NCBI GenBank assembly: GCA_035504095.1
Contig: DATJSN010000070.1
Span: forward strand, 12,248 to 76,247
Direction: 5' to 3'
DNA: 64,000 bases
From: Phycisphaerae bacterium
GTDB lineage: Bacteria; Planctomycetota; Phycisphaerae; WQYP01
This document shows positions 18,009-27,247 of the stretch, piece after piece (positions within the stretch are counted from its first letter, which is position 1; the number at the start of each line of letters is the position of its first letter). The notes below the pieces were generated by a model that did not search any database, was not told the DNA's origin, and was given only the letters and a program-made list of their open reading frames with translations. The position numbers and the translations under genes are program-made.

Positions 18009-18269
18009 TTATTTTTTATAATGTTCAGCATTGATGCTGATATATTTCTTCCACTCTTCCGGTACATCATCTTCCGGGAAAATCGCCTTTACCGGGCATT
18101 CATCGACGCAAAGGCCGCAATCAATGCACGTATCCGGATCAATATATAACTGTGTCGCCGGGCTGAATTCCGATTCATCCTTTCGCGGGTGAATGCAATC
18201 CACCGGGCAAACCGCTACACAGGAAGCATCTTTGGTTCCAATGCATGGTTCGGTGATAATATGAGGCAT
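18009..18269 (-). CDS. Ferredoxin (7Fe-type, 3Fe-4S/4Fe-4S)
   Basis: 86 aa with cysteine patterns CIGTKDASCVAVCPVDC and CIDCGLCVDECP. Confidence 0.85.
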   Translation of the reverse strand: MPHIITEPCIGTKDASCVAVCPVDCIHPRKDESEFSPATQLYIDPDTCIDCGLCVDECPVKAIFPEDDVPEEWKKYISINAEHYKK

Positions 18270-18607
18270 ATCCGCCAGCTCCTAATGAGTTAAAGCATTC
18301 TCTTGCAACGTCAACTCTGCCGCGGCTGACGTTTAAAGGACTCAATATTATATGAGGATGAAGGGTGGATGCAACAATCGCGCCAACCAAGCGTTCGATC
18401 AGGGCGGCGATCAAAAGCCAAAACAGCGGCTTCAGAAGAGCGGCAGCACTATCCGATAAATGATGCAGGCAGTCATTGCCGTCTGAATTGACTTGGCCCA
18501 ATTGAGCCGATAAATTAATGAATCTGTAAACCCTGCCTTGGGCGGGATACTGGAGGTAGAAGCGGAGAAGCTGGGCTTTTCCGGGGCTGTTTTTTCGCGG
18601 AGTATCC

Positions 18608-19237
18608 ATGCGGTCAAAAAAGCGTACACTCGTTAAATCTATCCGGAAGGCCTCTCGTCCGGCTTCAAAAGGAGGGAAAAAATCAACCCAGTCACGCAGC
18701 ACCCAGAGCTCTCGAAACGGCTCACGGAACGTGGATAAAAAGACCATAAAGGTCGGCTCCGTTAACGGGACGGTTAAATTCCCCAAAATCAAAGTTTCCC
18801 GCGCGGAGGGCAAACTCAGCCCGGAAGACTTGGACCATTTTCGCGCACTTTTGATCGAAAAACGCCGGGAAATCCTTGGCGACGTGGGTTCCATGGAAAC
18901 CGAAGCATTTAAAAACCAGGATAATCACTCTAACAGCCCTATGCATATGGCCGATGTAGGGACGGATAATTTTGAACAGGAATTCACGCTGGGCCTGATC
19001 GAAAGCGAACGGCAGCTTCTGCGGGAAATTCAGGAAGCTCTGGGACGCATTGAGGAAGGTACCTATGGCATTTGCGTCTCCACCGGCAAGCCAATCGGCA
19101 AAGCCCGCCTGGAAGCCACGCCCTGGGCCAAGCATTGCATTGAGTACGCCCGAATGCTCGAACAGGGTCTTGTCGGACGCGAAAGCCAGAGCGATAACGA
19201 GGAAGAAGAATCTTCTTCCGACGACGAAGATGAATAA
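18608..19237 (+). CDS. dksA: DksA/TraR-family regulator with basic N-terminal extension and acidic tail
   Basis: 209 aa. It has a coiled-coil with an acidic tip (HMADVGTDNFEQEF) and a C-terminal finger region GTYGICVSTGKPIGKARLEATPWAKHCIEY that retains only 2 of the 4 canonical Cys. GGAG lies 7 nt upstream of the start. It sits directly upstream of lspA. Confidence 0.7.
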   Translation: MRSKKRTLVKSIRKASRPASKGGKKSTQSRSTQSSRNGSRNVDKKTIKVGSVNGTVKFPKIKVSRAEGKLSPEDLDHFRALLIEKRREILGDVGSMETEAFKNQDNHSNSPMHMADVGTDNFEQEFTLGLIESERQLLREIQEALGRIEEGTYGICVSTGKPIGKARLEATPWAKHCIEYARMLEQGLVGRESQSDNEEEESSSDDEDE

Positions 19238-19278
19238 GTTCCGCCTTCCTTCAGACAGAACCCCATAGCCACAGGCTG

Positions 19279-19884
19279 ATGGCGGACACTCTCATGACCA
19301 CTTCACAAAACACCGGGACAAAAACAGCGACGTCTGCGGACGCAGCAGAAAATTTCTCCAGGCTTCCGCGGCTGGCGGGAACTTCTTTGCGAGCATGGCT
19401 TTGTTTTTTACTGGTTGCCGGCATTGGGTTGACCCTGGATTTAACGAGCAAAGAAGCCGCTTTTGCCCACCTGGGCTACGGATATAACTCTGCGGTATAC
19501 GAAATCATTCCCGGAATACTCGAACTTCGCACCACACTTAACGGCGGCGCCGTTTTCGGCATCGGCCGGGGCTTATCAATACTATTTATTATGGTGAGTC
19601 TGCTGGCGATGGTCTTTATTGTTTACGTTTTCATCTGTTCGGATCGCCGGCACTGGCTGATGCATATTGCGCTGGGACTGATTCTGGCCGGCGCCGCAGG
19701 CAATCTTTACGATCGCGTTTTCAATCATGGGCTGGTGCGAGACTTTATTTATATCATGCATTACTGGCCGTGGATTTTTAATCTCGCCGACGCCATGCTA
19801 TGCATCGGCGTGCCGCTATTGATCCTTTGCTGGCTGGTGCAAAGTCCGCGGCAGGTTGCAACGAAACCCGAAAAATCGGGATAA
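19279..19884 (+). CDS. lspA: Lipoprotein signal peptidase (signal peptidase II)
   Basis: 201 aa, 4 TM, with motifs LNGGAVFGIG, GNLYDR and IFNLADAMLCIG. Confidence 0.9.
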   Translation: MADTLMTTSQNTGTKTATSADAAENFSRLPRLAGTSLRAWLCFLLVAGIGLTLDLTSKEAAFAHLGYGYNSAVYEIIPGILELRTTLNGGAVFGIGRGLSILFIMVSLLAMVFIVYVFICSDRRHWLMHIALGLILAGAAGNLYDRVFNHGLVRDFIYIMHYWPWIFNLADAMLCIGVPLLILCWLVQSPRQVATKPEKSG

Positions 19885-19917
19885 AAAGCCAAGAAGAACC
19901 AACAAGGATTTTTATAC

Positions 19918-21231
19918 ATGAAAGAGCTTATTGCCCGCATAGAAAATAAAAACGCCGTGGTAGGCGTCATTGGTTTGGGCTATGTCGGCTTGCCGCTGGT
20001 TCGTGCTTTTTGCCGTGGCGGTCTGCGCGTCACGGGTTTTGACGTCGACGAACTCAAGGTCAATAGACTCCTGGCCGGACGCAGCTATATCCGTCATATT
20101 CCGGCGCGCCTGATTTCCAGCCTGATCCGCGATAAAGTTTTTACGCCTACGGCGGATTTTTCACTCTTGCGCCGTTGCGACGCGTTGATCATCTGCGTTC
20201 CGACGCCATTGACGCCCAATCGCGAGCCGGACATGCAATACGTACAGCAAACCGCACGGACCATTGGCAAAAATCTGCGGCGCGGCCAGCTTGTAGTTCT
20301 CGAATCGACGACTTATCCGGGCACAACGCGAGAAGTAGTACTTCCAGAACTTGAAAAATCGGGACTGAAATTCGGCCGTGATTTTCTATTGGCCTTTTCA
20401 CCGGAACGCGAAGATCCGGGCCGGACGGATTATCAAACCGCGGATATTCCCAAGGTTGTTGGCGGCATGGATAAGACTTCGCTCTACGCCGCGACCGCGC
20501 TTTATGCCCACGCGGTGAAAACCGTGATCCCGGTGGAAAGCTGCGAAATCGCCGAAGCCTCAAAAATTCTGGAAAACTGCTACCGCTGCATCAATATCGC
20601 CATGATTAACGAAATGAAAATGATCCTGGACCGCATGGGCATCGATATCTGGAAAGTGATCGCGGCAGCGAAGACCAAGCCGTTCGGTTTTCAACCTTTT
20701 TATCCCGGTCCCGGATTAGGCGGTCATTGCATTCCAATTGATCCATTTTATCTGAGCTGGAAAGCCCGGCAGTACGATATTGCCGCACGGTTTATCGAAC
20801 TGGCCGGCGAACTGAATACTTCCATGCCTTATTACGTGATCGATAAAGTCGCCCAGGCACTTAACCGGGGGGGCCGCGCGATTCGCGGGTCACGGATTCT
20901 GATTTTGGGGTTGGCTTATAAAAAAGACGTGGACGATTTGCGCGAATCGCCATCCGTGGTCCTCATTGAACTTTTGCGGAAGCGCGGTGCAAAGGTTGAT
21001 TACAACGATCCATATATACCGGCGACACATCCGCAGCGCCATCACAATCTAAAAATGAAATCCGTCACACTGACCGCGGCAGCGCTGAAGCGCTATAACC
21101 TTGTCCTGATTGCCACGGACCACAGCGTCTATGACTGGGAGTTTATCGTGCGCAACTCTCGCCTGGTCGTTGACACGCGCAATGCCACTGCGAAAATCGG
21201 ATTCGGGCGGAACAAGATTACACGCGCATGA
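19918..21231 (+). CDS. Nucleotide-sugar dehydrogenase (UDP-GlcNAc/UDP-ManNAc 6-dehydrogenase branch)
   Basis: 437 aa with Rossmann motif VGVIGLGYVGLPL, a catalytic Cys region (GPGLGGHCIPIDP) and a UDP-binding C-terminal domain (ILGLAYKKDVDDLRESP). Confidence 0.8.
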   Translation: MKELIARIENKNAVVGVIGLGYVGLPLVRAFCRGGLRVTGFDVDELKVNRLLAGRSYIRHIPARLISSLIRDKVFTPTADFSLLRRCDALIICVPTPLTPNREPDMQYVQQTARTIGKNLRRGQLVVLESTTYPGTTREVVLPELEKSGLKFGRDFLLAFSPEREDPGRTDYQTADIPKVVGGMDKTSLYAATALYAHAVKTVIPVESCEIAEASKILENCYRCINIAMINEMKMILDRMGIDIWKVIAAAKTKPFGFQPFYPGPGLGGHCIPIDPFYLSWKARQYDIAARFIELAGELNTSMPYYVIDKVAQALNRGGRAIRGSRILILGLAYKKDVDDLRESPSVVLIELLRKRGAKVDYNDPYIPATHPQRHHNLKMKSVTLTAAALKRYNLVLIATDHSVYDWEFIVRNSRLVVDTRNATAKIGFGRNKITRA

Positions 21232-21262
21232 TCAAGTGAAACAGGGCCTCTGCTTCCCCGTT

Positions 21263-22060
21263 TCATTCCTCTTCCGGAATTGGCGTATCGTCGGTTACGG
21301 CTAGAACCATGGCACTGATTGCCGCAGGACGGTAGTCGGTGGGTAATCGCCGCAGGGCGGCTGCGGCAGCGTAAAGCGTTGCACCACTGGTGCACACATC
21401 GTCTACCAGCCATATGTGTTTGCCCGCGAGCCGCCGGCTCGGCCGGCAAACAAAAGCGCCGCGCAAATTGTCAAATCGGGCGGTTGCGCTCTGAACCACC
21501 GTCTGCTGGACCGTAGCGCGAACCCGAACCAGAACATCTGCAACCGGAAATTTTCCATAATGTCCAACACGTTCGGCTAATTCGTAAGCCTGGTTGTAAC
21601 CACGGCTCCAGTAACGCCGCCAGTGCAAAGCAACGGGAACCAAAATATCAATGGCGCAGGCGGCATGAATCCGCGCTGCCTGATACAGTTGGTCGGCCAG
21701 CAGCGGCGCCAGCGACCAATGTTCGGCGAATTTAAACTGGTGAATGAGCGATTTAAGCGGCTCCTGCAAGGGGCCGGCGCGGACCAGCGATTTAAAATTA
21801 AATTGTCGTGACGGGCAGCGTAAACAACCCCGGTTTGCCGAATATGGCCCCAGCGTCATCCCACATCTCCTGCAGAACGGCCACCGGAGAAATTGATCCA
21901 GCCGGCGCTTCACGGGAGCAGAGAAGCCTTTTTCGCCGGCATTTAAACTCTCTCCACTGATCCAGCAGGTTTCCGGAAAAAGCAGCTTGCCGGGATAATG
22001 CAGAACAAGGGAACAAAAGTTTGCGACGCGCGGATGGAAAATACTTTCAGACAGTGCCAA
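21263..22060 (-). CDS. ComF-family protein (zinc-ribbon + type I phosphoribosyltransferase fold)
   Basis: 265 aa with Cys pairs (CRRCG...CLRC) followed by the PRT loop HIWLVDDVCTSGATL. It overlaps the upstream gene by 14 nt. Confidence 0.75.
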   Translation of the reverse strand: MALSESIFHPRVANFCSLVLHYPGKLLFPETCWISGESLNAGEKGFSAPVKRRLDQFLRWPFCRRCGMTLGPYSANRGCLRCPSRQFNFKSLVRAGPLQEPLKSLIHQFKFAEHWSLAPLLADQLYQAARIHAACAIDILVPVALHWRRYWSRGYNQAYELAERVGHYGKFPVADVLVRVRATVQQTVVQSATARFDNLRGAFVCRPSRRLAGKHIWLVDDVCTSGATLYAAAAALRRLPTDYRPAAISAMVLAVTDDTPIPEEE

Positions 22061-23405
22061 GCCCCTTAAGCGTTTTTATAAAATCGGCGACAAAACGTTC
22101 CACCTGGAACCGATCCAGCGCGGTCTTACGCCACGTGAAACATAACGACATCTTCGATCCAAGGGTAGTCAGGGCGAAAACCATGGGCGATAGCGGACCG
22201 GCAGGCGAAACACGCAGATAGTCGAGGATATGCAAAGCGTTTTTCACATCGCGATGGCGATCGTACACCCACGAATCATTGAGATTAACGTTGGAAATAC
22301 CCGCCATCACATGGGCGTTTCTGCGAAAAAAATCGGCCTGCACCCGCGCGACACGACGCTCGCTGGAGCCCCGATCGGGATTTTTAGAACGAAAAACGGG
22401 GGAGAGGAAATGCGTCCTGTCGTACAGCCGCCAGAGCATCCACGCAATGTCCAATGAAGAGAAAAACTTTACGCCTTCATCACGTGATTTGAACCTGCGG
22501 GTGTGTTGCGAGACATCCTCAAGCAGTTCGGCAAACGGACACGCTTCCGGCTTTTTTAATACCAGGGTGCAAAAACTCAGATAAAGACCAAAAACATCAT
22601 CTAATGGACGGTCAGCGCGCGCGCGGATGTCGACGATGGCGCCAATTCCCAGGCCCGTTTTATAAAATGGCCAGCGGCCCTGCCGCATATCGTAGCGCGT
22701 CAGGTAATACCTTCCCAGCGCCGCCGCCGACGCCGCGAGAAATAAATCATTGACGGTGCACTCCCGGGCTTTCGCATATTGAGCGAGGCGTTCAATCAGT
22801 CCGTCCGGAAAATCGCGGATCAGAATCTGCGTTGAAAAATTCAGCGGGTCATTGATGTGCATGCGCCACACACGGCGATGGCGAATAAACTGCCGCAACC
22901 CCGTGGTGAGGCTGGTGATTGCAGGCGAAAAACCGAGGCGATGGCGAAACGTGGAGCGGAAATCCCGTTCAGACATCCGGAGTTGGGGCGCTTCATTTTG
23001 CCCTGTATAGCGAAGGCCGCATATCTGTATCAATTGGCGTATCGACCAGCTGTCCGCGAGCCAGTGATCGTAAACAAAAAGCAGCCAGTAGCGATCCGCC
23101 TGGCAGACCAGTGTAAAGCGCAGGGGCATATCGCCGGCGGCAAACGGAAGGTTAATCTGGCTTTCCAGTTCCAACGCCAGATCATCCCGGGTGGTTTTCA
23201 GCGAGATTTCCGTGAGTGGTGTGAATTTGACAGTATCGCCGGTGATGCGTGCCGGCCCGAGTCCCACAGAGGCGACACCTGCATGAATCGCGGCGCGCCA
23301 GCGCTCGACATCCGGTGCACCGGAAACGCACATCGCCTGGGCAGCGTTGTAGGGCCCCAGGGCGCTCCAACGATTCATCATTTTTTGAAAACTGTTGAGT
23401 TTCAT
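22047..23405 (-). CDS. Stand-alone condensation (C)-domain / acyltransferase-like protein
   Basis: 452 aa. The N-terminal region resembles NRPS C-domains (LNSFQKMM...GPYNAA...VSGAPDVERWRAAI). The active-site-like motif YDHWLADSWS is an HHxxxDG variant (DHxxxDS). Confidence 0.55.
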   Translation of the reverse strand: MKLNSFQKMMNRWSALGPYNAAQAMCVSGAPDVERWRAAIHAGVASVGLGPARITGDTVKFTPLTEISLKTTRDDLALELESQINLPFAAGDMPLRFTLVCQADRYWLLFVYDHWLADSWSIRQLIQICGLRYTGQNEAPQLRMSERDFRSTFRHRLGFSPAITSLTTGLRQFIRHRRVWRMHINDPLNFSTQILIRDFPDGLIERLAQYAKARECTVNDLFLAASAAALGRYYLTRYDMRQGRWPFYKTGLGIGAIVDIRARADRPLDDVFGLYLSFCTLVLKKPEACPFAELLEDVSQHTRRFKSRDEGVKFFSSLDIAWMLWRLYDRTHFLSPVFRSKNPDRGSSERRVARVQADFFRRNAHVMAGISNVNLNDSWVYDRHRDVKNALHILDYLRVSPAGPLSPMVFALTTLGSKMSLCFTWRKTALDRFQVERFVADFIKTLKGLGTV

Positions 23406-23421
23406 AACGATTTAGGAACTC

Positions 23422-24045
23422 TTAGACGCCATTAAGACGGGGAATAAAGCGGCCCACCTTCCGGCAGTACGCGGCATAGGGTTCTCCATGCTTACGCAAA
23501 AGATATTGCTCCTCGCGCCTGGCTTCAACTTGCAGCATCGTAATATTAATCGCGGCCGCGATAAGCATTGGCCAGGTGAATACAGCAAGAAGCGTTCCCA
23601 GTGTAAGCAGAATGGAAAGTGCATAAATGGGATGGCGGATTATACGATATGAGCCCGTGGTGACCAATTCGGTTTTTTCATTCGGGTCAATCCCGATGCG
23701 CCACGATCTCCCCATTTGATGCCAGCAGAAAAAAGTCATGAACACTGCGACAGCGCCAATCAGCGCTCCAGCCAATGCTACCGGCCCGGGCAGCATCGGT
23801 CGAATCCAGAACGAGGAATGATGCCCGGCAGAAAGCGCAACCCATGGCAAAATAGACCAGACGATAACGGCAGGAGTCCAGACCAGACGCATATATATGC
23901 CGGTTTTTTCGCGCGGAATGAAGTTGGGATCTTTGCCGATTTTGCGCGCCAGTCGCACGCCTTTGATAAAAACAGTTCCCCAGTAAATCAGCAGTTCCAC
24001 CCCACAAGCGAAGGCGGAGAGTTTCGCCAGTTCATTCATGACCAT
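23422..24045 (-). CDS. Membrane methyltransferase, ICMT/PEMT-like family
   Basis: 207 aa, ~5 TM. The C-terminal signature LVTTGSYRIIRHPIYALSILLTLG...EEQYLLRKHGEPY is typical of isoprenylcysteine carboxyl / phospholipid methyltransferase-like proteins. Confidence 0.7.
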   Translation of the reverse strand: MVMNELAKLSAFACGVELLIYWGTVFIKGVRLARKIGKDPNFIPREKTGIYMRLVWTPAVIVWSILPWVALSAGHHSSFWIRPMLPGPVALAGALIGAVAVFMTFFCWHQMGRSWRIGIDPNEKTELVTTGSYRIIRHPIYALSILLTLGTLLAVFTWPMLIAAAINITMLQVEARREEQYLLRKHGEPYAAYCRKVGRFIPRLNGV

Positions 24046-24120
24046 TATTTCTCCGGAGAATTTTGTCCTAATATTTTGCGATCCTCGCCGTCAGCAATAA
24101 TATTCTACAGACATGGTCTA

Positions 24121-24831
24121 TTATTGCGTTGTTGCAGGCGAATTGGGCGCTTCGGCGGCATGCCAAACCTGCCAGGCGGCGCAGGTTTGTTTGATCACGG
24201 TGACCTCCATCTGAAGGATATTTGGATTTTTTACTATATTGACGTGCGTAATCGGGGTGGTGTCGAAGCCGACGTCGGCTGTGCGCAAATTAATGTCGGT
24301 CAGCCAGGTCTTTTGAGGATCCTCGGCCACGACCGGAACGCCGCGCCAGACCGGGATGAAGTCGGTATCCGGATGGCTTTTGTATATGCAGATGCAGCGT
24401 CCGACATTCGGCGGCACCTCCGGCGGAGTAACCGGATCGAGCAGCAATAAAAGCGTAACGGGAATACCATACTTATTCAGTTCGCGCGCCGCACGAACCT
24501 GATCGTCGGCGCCCCAGGAATGCCCGACGAGAATAAGCGGTTCGGAGAGTTTTCCTTCCCGCCAGGCATCTTTAATTTGGTCGCCTACGGAATCTCCCAT
24601 GTAATCGGGCAGGACCGTAGCGTGAATTACATACCCAGTGTTGAGTTTATAAACCAGATCGTCAATGCCGAGACTCCAAACGCCGATGAATCCGCGCATG
24701 GCATATACCTGTCCAGGGTATTCGAACTTCACTTGCGTATCAGAAGGCGGATCGGCGGGCAGACTTAGCATGGGGAGGCTACAGCCCGTGATCAAGAACA
24801 AAAAACCGAATAGACAGAGAGTTTGTTTCAT
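24121..24831 (-). CDS. Lipoprotein, alpha/beta-hydrolase (lipase/esterase-like)
   Basis: 236 aa with lipobox LFLITGC|S and nucleophile elbow LILVGHSWGAD. Candidate triad residues are LLLLDPV and ITHVN. Confidence 0.6.
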   Translation of the reverse strand: MKQTLCLFGFLFLITGCSLPMLSLPADPPSDTQVKFEYPGQVYAMRGFIGVWSLGIDDLVYKLNTGYVIHATVLPDYMGDSVGDQIKDAWREGKLSEPLILVGHSWGADDQVRAARELNKYGIPVTLLLLLDPVTPPEVPPNVGRCICIYKSHPDTDFIPVWRGVPVVAEDPQKTWLTDINLRTADVGFDTTPITHVNIVKNPNILQMEVTVIKQTCAAWQVWHAAEAPNSPATTQ

Positions 24832-24874
24832 GGTGAATCTTCAAAAGACAAGCTGCTTTCTGCGCCGCGGCATT

Positions 24875-25840
24875 TTACAGCCTCGACGTTTGTGCGTACC
24901 AGTTGACCGTTTGTTCCAAACCCTGGTCAAAGTACACGACCGGCTGATAGTCAAGTAATTCCTGTGCCGCGGAAATGTCGGCCAGTGAATCGCGTACGTC
25001 TCCGGGTCGCGGCGGTAAATATTCGGGAGCAATGTTTGTGCCGAGCTGCTTTTGCATTTCGGCCAGCATGTCGTTGAGACTGATGCTTTGTCCGCAGGCT
25101 ACATTAACCATCTGGCCGGATAACGCTTTGGCGTGTACGCCGGCGAGCAAATTTGCCCTGACAACATTGGCAATAAAACAAAAATCCCGCGTTTGTTTGC
25201 CGTCGCCGAAAATTTTTGGCCGCTCTTTTTTTACCAGCGCCGAAATAAAAGCTGGGATCACCGCAGCGTACTGGCTGTGAGGATTTTGCCTTGGGCCAAA
25301 GACGTTGAAGTAACGCAGGCTGATTGTGGAAAGGTTATAAACCGCGGAATAGGCCCGGGTGTAGTGTTCTCCGGCAAGTTTGCCCACCGCATAAGGGCTG
25401 ATTGGTTCGGGAAGCATGTTTTCGCGCTTGGGCAGAGCGAGATTTGCGCCGTAGGCGCTGGAACTGGCTGAATAGACCACCCTTTTAACGCCGATCTGCC
25501 GCGCCGCTTCCAGCACGTTGAGCGTACCGTTAATGTTGGCTTGGTTGTATTTGATGGGATCGGCCACCGATCCCGGGACACTGCCCAGAGCGGCCAGATG
25601 AAAAACCACGCGCTGGTCGCGTACGGCGGAAAGACATTGAGCTAGGTCAGTAATGTCGCCGCGCATGAATTCAATTTTGCCACCCAGTTCATCCAGATTC
25701 GCTTTCGAACCTGTCACCAGATTGTCTAACACGCGGACTTTCGCGCCGGCGTCCAAAAGCCCGCGCACCAGGTGTGAACCAATAAATCCCGCGCCTCCGG
25801 TAACCAGAACAGGCAGGTTGTGATAAACGGAGAACTCCAT
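24875..25840 (-). CDS. NAD-dependent nucleotide-sugar 4-epimerase (SDR family, WbpP/TviC-like)
   Basis: Trimmed to ATG 25840 (AAGGA upstream), which avoids overlap with ugd. Motifs: VLVTGGAGFIGSHL, SSSAYG, YAVGKLAGE (YxxxK), FNVFGPRQ. Confidence 0.85.
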   Translation of the reverse strand: MEFSVYHNLPVLVTGGAGFIGSHLVRGLLDAGAKVRVLDNLVTGSKANLDELGGKIEFMRGDITDLAQCLSAVRDQRVVFHLAALGSVPGSVADPIKYNQANINGTLNVLEAARQIGVKRVVYSASSSAYGANLALPKRENMLPEPISPYAVGKLAGEHYTRAYSAVYNLSTISLRYFNVFGPRQNPHSQYAAVIPAFISALVKKERPKIFGDGKQTRDFCFIANVVRANLLAGVHAKALSGQMVNVACGQSISLNDMLAEMQKQLGTNIAPEYLPPRPGDVRDSLADISAAQELLDYQPVVYFDQGLEQTVNWYAQTSRL

Positions 25841-25853
25841 TCGAATTCGTCCT

Positions 25854-27203
25854 TTAGCCGGCGGACACAAATCCCATGCTGCCCGGCTTGCCCTGCATCG
25901 GCGCGACTTCCTGGCGTCCGATCGCATGATAATGCAGCCCCGCGGCGCTCACCTTGCCGCTGGCCAGACAGTTGCGGCCGTCAAAAATCCGGTTGCCGCG
26001 CATCAACGAGGCGATGGCTTTCCAATCCTGAGTAATAAATTCCGGCCAGTCAGTTACCAGCACGATCGCGTCGACGCCTTTGGTGCATTCTTCAAGGCTT
26101 TTTGACCAGACGATCGCATCACCCAGAATTTTCCGAGCGTTGGCCATCGCCTGTGGATCGTAGGCGCGCACATGTACGTGATTTTTTAACAGCGCTTTGA
26201 TCACGTCGATGCTCGGTGATTCGCGCATGTCGTCGGTGTCGGGTTTGAATGCCAGCCCCCATACCGCAACCTGCGGGTCTTTAATGCCCACCAGAGCATC
26301 GGCTATGCGCTTGGCAAAGAGTTCCTTCTGGCGCGAGTTAACTTTTTCAATGCCGGCCAGCAGGTGCGGTTCAATTCCAATTTGCTGCATCTGGTACACC
26401 AGTGCCGCGACGTCCTTGGGAAAACAGGAACCGCCGTAGCCGACGCCGGCTTTGAGAAACGCCGGGCCGATGCGTTTGTCCGTGCCGATTCCCACGCGCA
26501 CCGATTCAATGTCGGCGCCGACGGCATGGGCCAGTTGCGAAAGTTCGTTGATAAAGCTGATGCGCATCGCCAGCATGGCGTTGGCGGCGAATTTAGCCAG
26601 TTCGGCGCTTTGCCGATTCATGGAGAAAATGGTGTAGCCGCGGTCGATCAGTGGTTGATAAATTTCTCGCAGCACATCCAGGCCGTCGGTGGAGTTAGCG
26701 CCGAAAATAATGCGGTCAGGCTGCATGAAATCCTGTATTGCGGTGCCTTCACGCAGAAATTCCGGATTGTTGACCACCTCGATTTTGTGCGGGCCGTCGC
26801 TCACGCTGTCGGCGATTTTTTCTCCCGTGCCGGGAGGAACGGTGCTTTTGATCACCAGTGTTTTGGGGCCGTTGGCGGCCTGGGTAACGCTTTGGGCGGC
26901 GGCAAAAAGCATCGAGAGGTCCGCGCCCCCGGACGGCGCCGGCGGCGTGCCGACAGCGATAAAGATGGTCGGGCTTTCCCGGATGGCCGCGATGGCATTG
27001 GTGCTGAAGCGCAGGCGGCCCTGCGCTGTTTCGGCGCGAATCAGTTCCGAAAGTCCCGGCTCATAAATAGGTATTTCGCCGCGGGAAAGTGCATCGACAC
27101 GCTTTTGATCCACGTCCACGCCAATCACTTTATGGCCCAGCGAAGCCAAACAGGTTCCGCTGACCAGACCGACATACCCGCAACCCATAACCGCTATTTT
27201 CAT
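25854..27203 (-). CDS. ugd: UDP-glucose 6-dehydrogenase
   Basis: 449 aa with MKIAVMGCGYVGLVSG, GGSCFPKDV (catalytic Cys) and VWGLAFKPDTDDMRESPS. Confidence 0.9.
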   Translation of the reverse strand: MKIAVMGCGYVGLVSGTCLASLGHKVIGVDVDQKRVDALSRGEIPIYEPGLSELIRAETAQGRLRFSTNAIAAIRESPTIFIAVGTPPAPSGGADLSMLFAAAQSVTQAANGPKTLVIKSTVPPGTGEKIADSVSDGPHKIEVVNNPEFLREGTAIQDFMQPDRIIFGANSTDGLDVLREIYQPLIDRGYTIFSMNRQSAELAKFAANAMLAMRISFINELSQLAHAVGADIESVRVGIGTDKRIGPAFLKAGVGYGGSCFPKDVAALVYQMQQIGIEPHLLAGIEKVNSRQKELFAKRIADALVGIKDPQVAVWGLAFKPDTDDMRESPSIDVIKALLKNHVHVRAYDPQAMANARKILGDAIVWSKSLEECTKGVDAIVLVTDWPEFITQDWKAIASLMRGNRIFDGRNCLASGKVSAAGLHYHAIGRQEVAPMQGKPGSMGFVSAG

Positions 27204-27247
27204 CGTTGTACCTCGTTAAATTTTCCTTGATCCATTCCCTATCCTAA

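Noticed and set aside
18175-18894. 239-aa minus-strand ORF spanning the ferredoxin 5' end, the spacer and the dksA 5' region.
   Set aside because: It overlaps two well-supported genes on both sides and has no motif, so it is likely spurious.
20867-20873. G7 homopolymer inside the nucleotide-sugar dehydrogenase gene, a possible slipped-strand phase-variation site. Also an A8 run on the coding strand of nagB at 11275-11282.
   Set aside because: The tracts are short for contingency loci and both genes are intact and in frame. There is no supporting evidence from a single sequence.
23716-24450. 244-aa plus-strand ORF; similarly 22857-23435 + and 26364-27230 + (288 aa).
   Set aside because: These are antisense to the ICMT-like, lipoprotein, C-domain and ugd genes. 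They are Arg/Gly-rich shadow frames.
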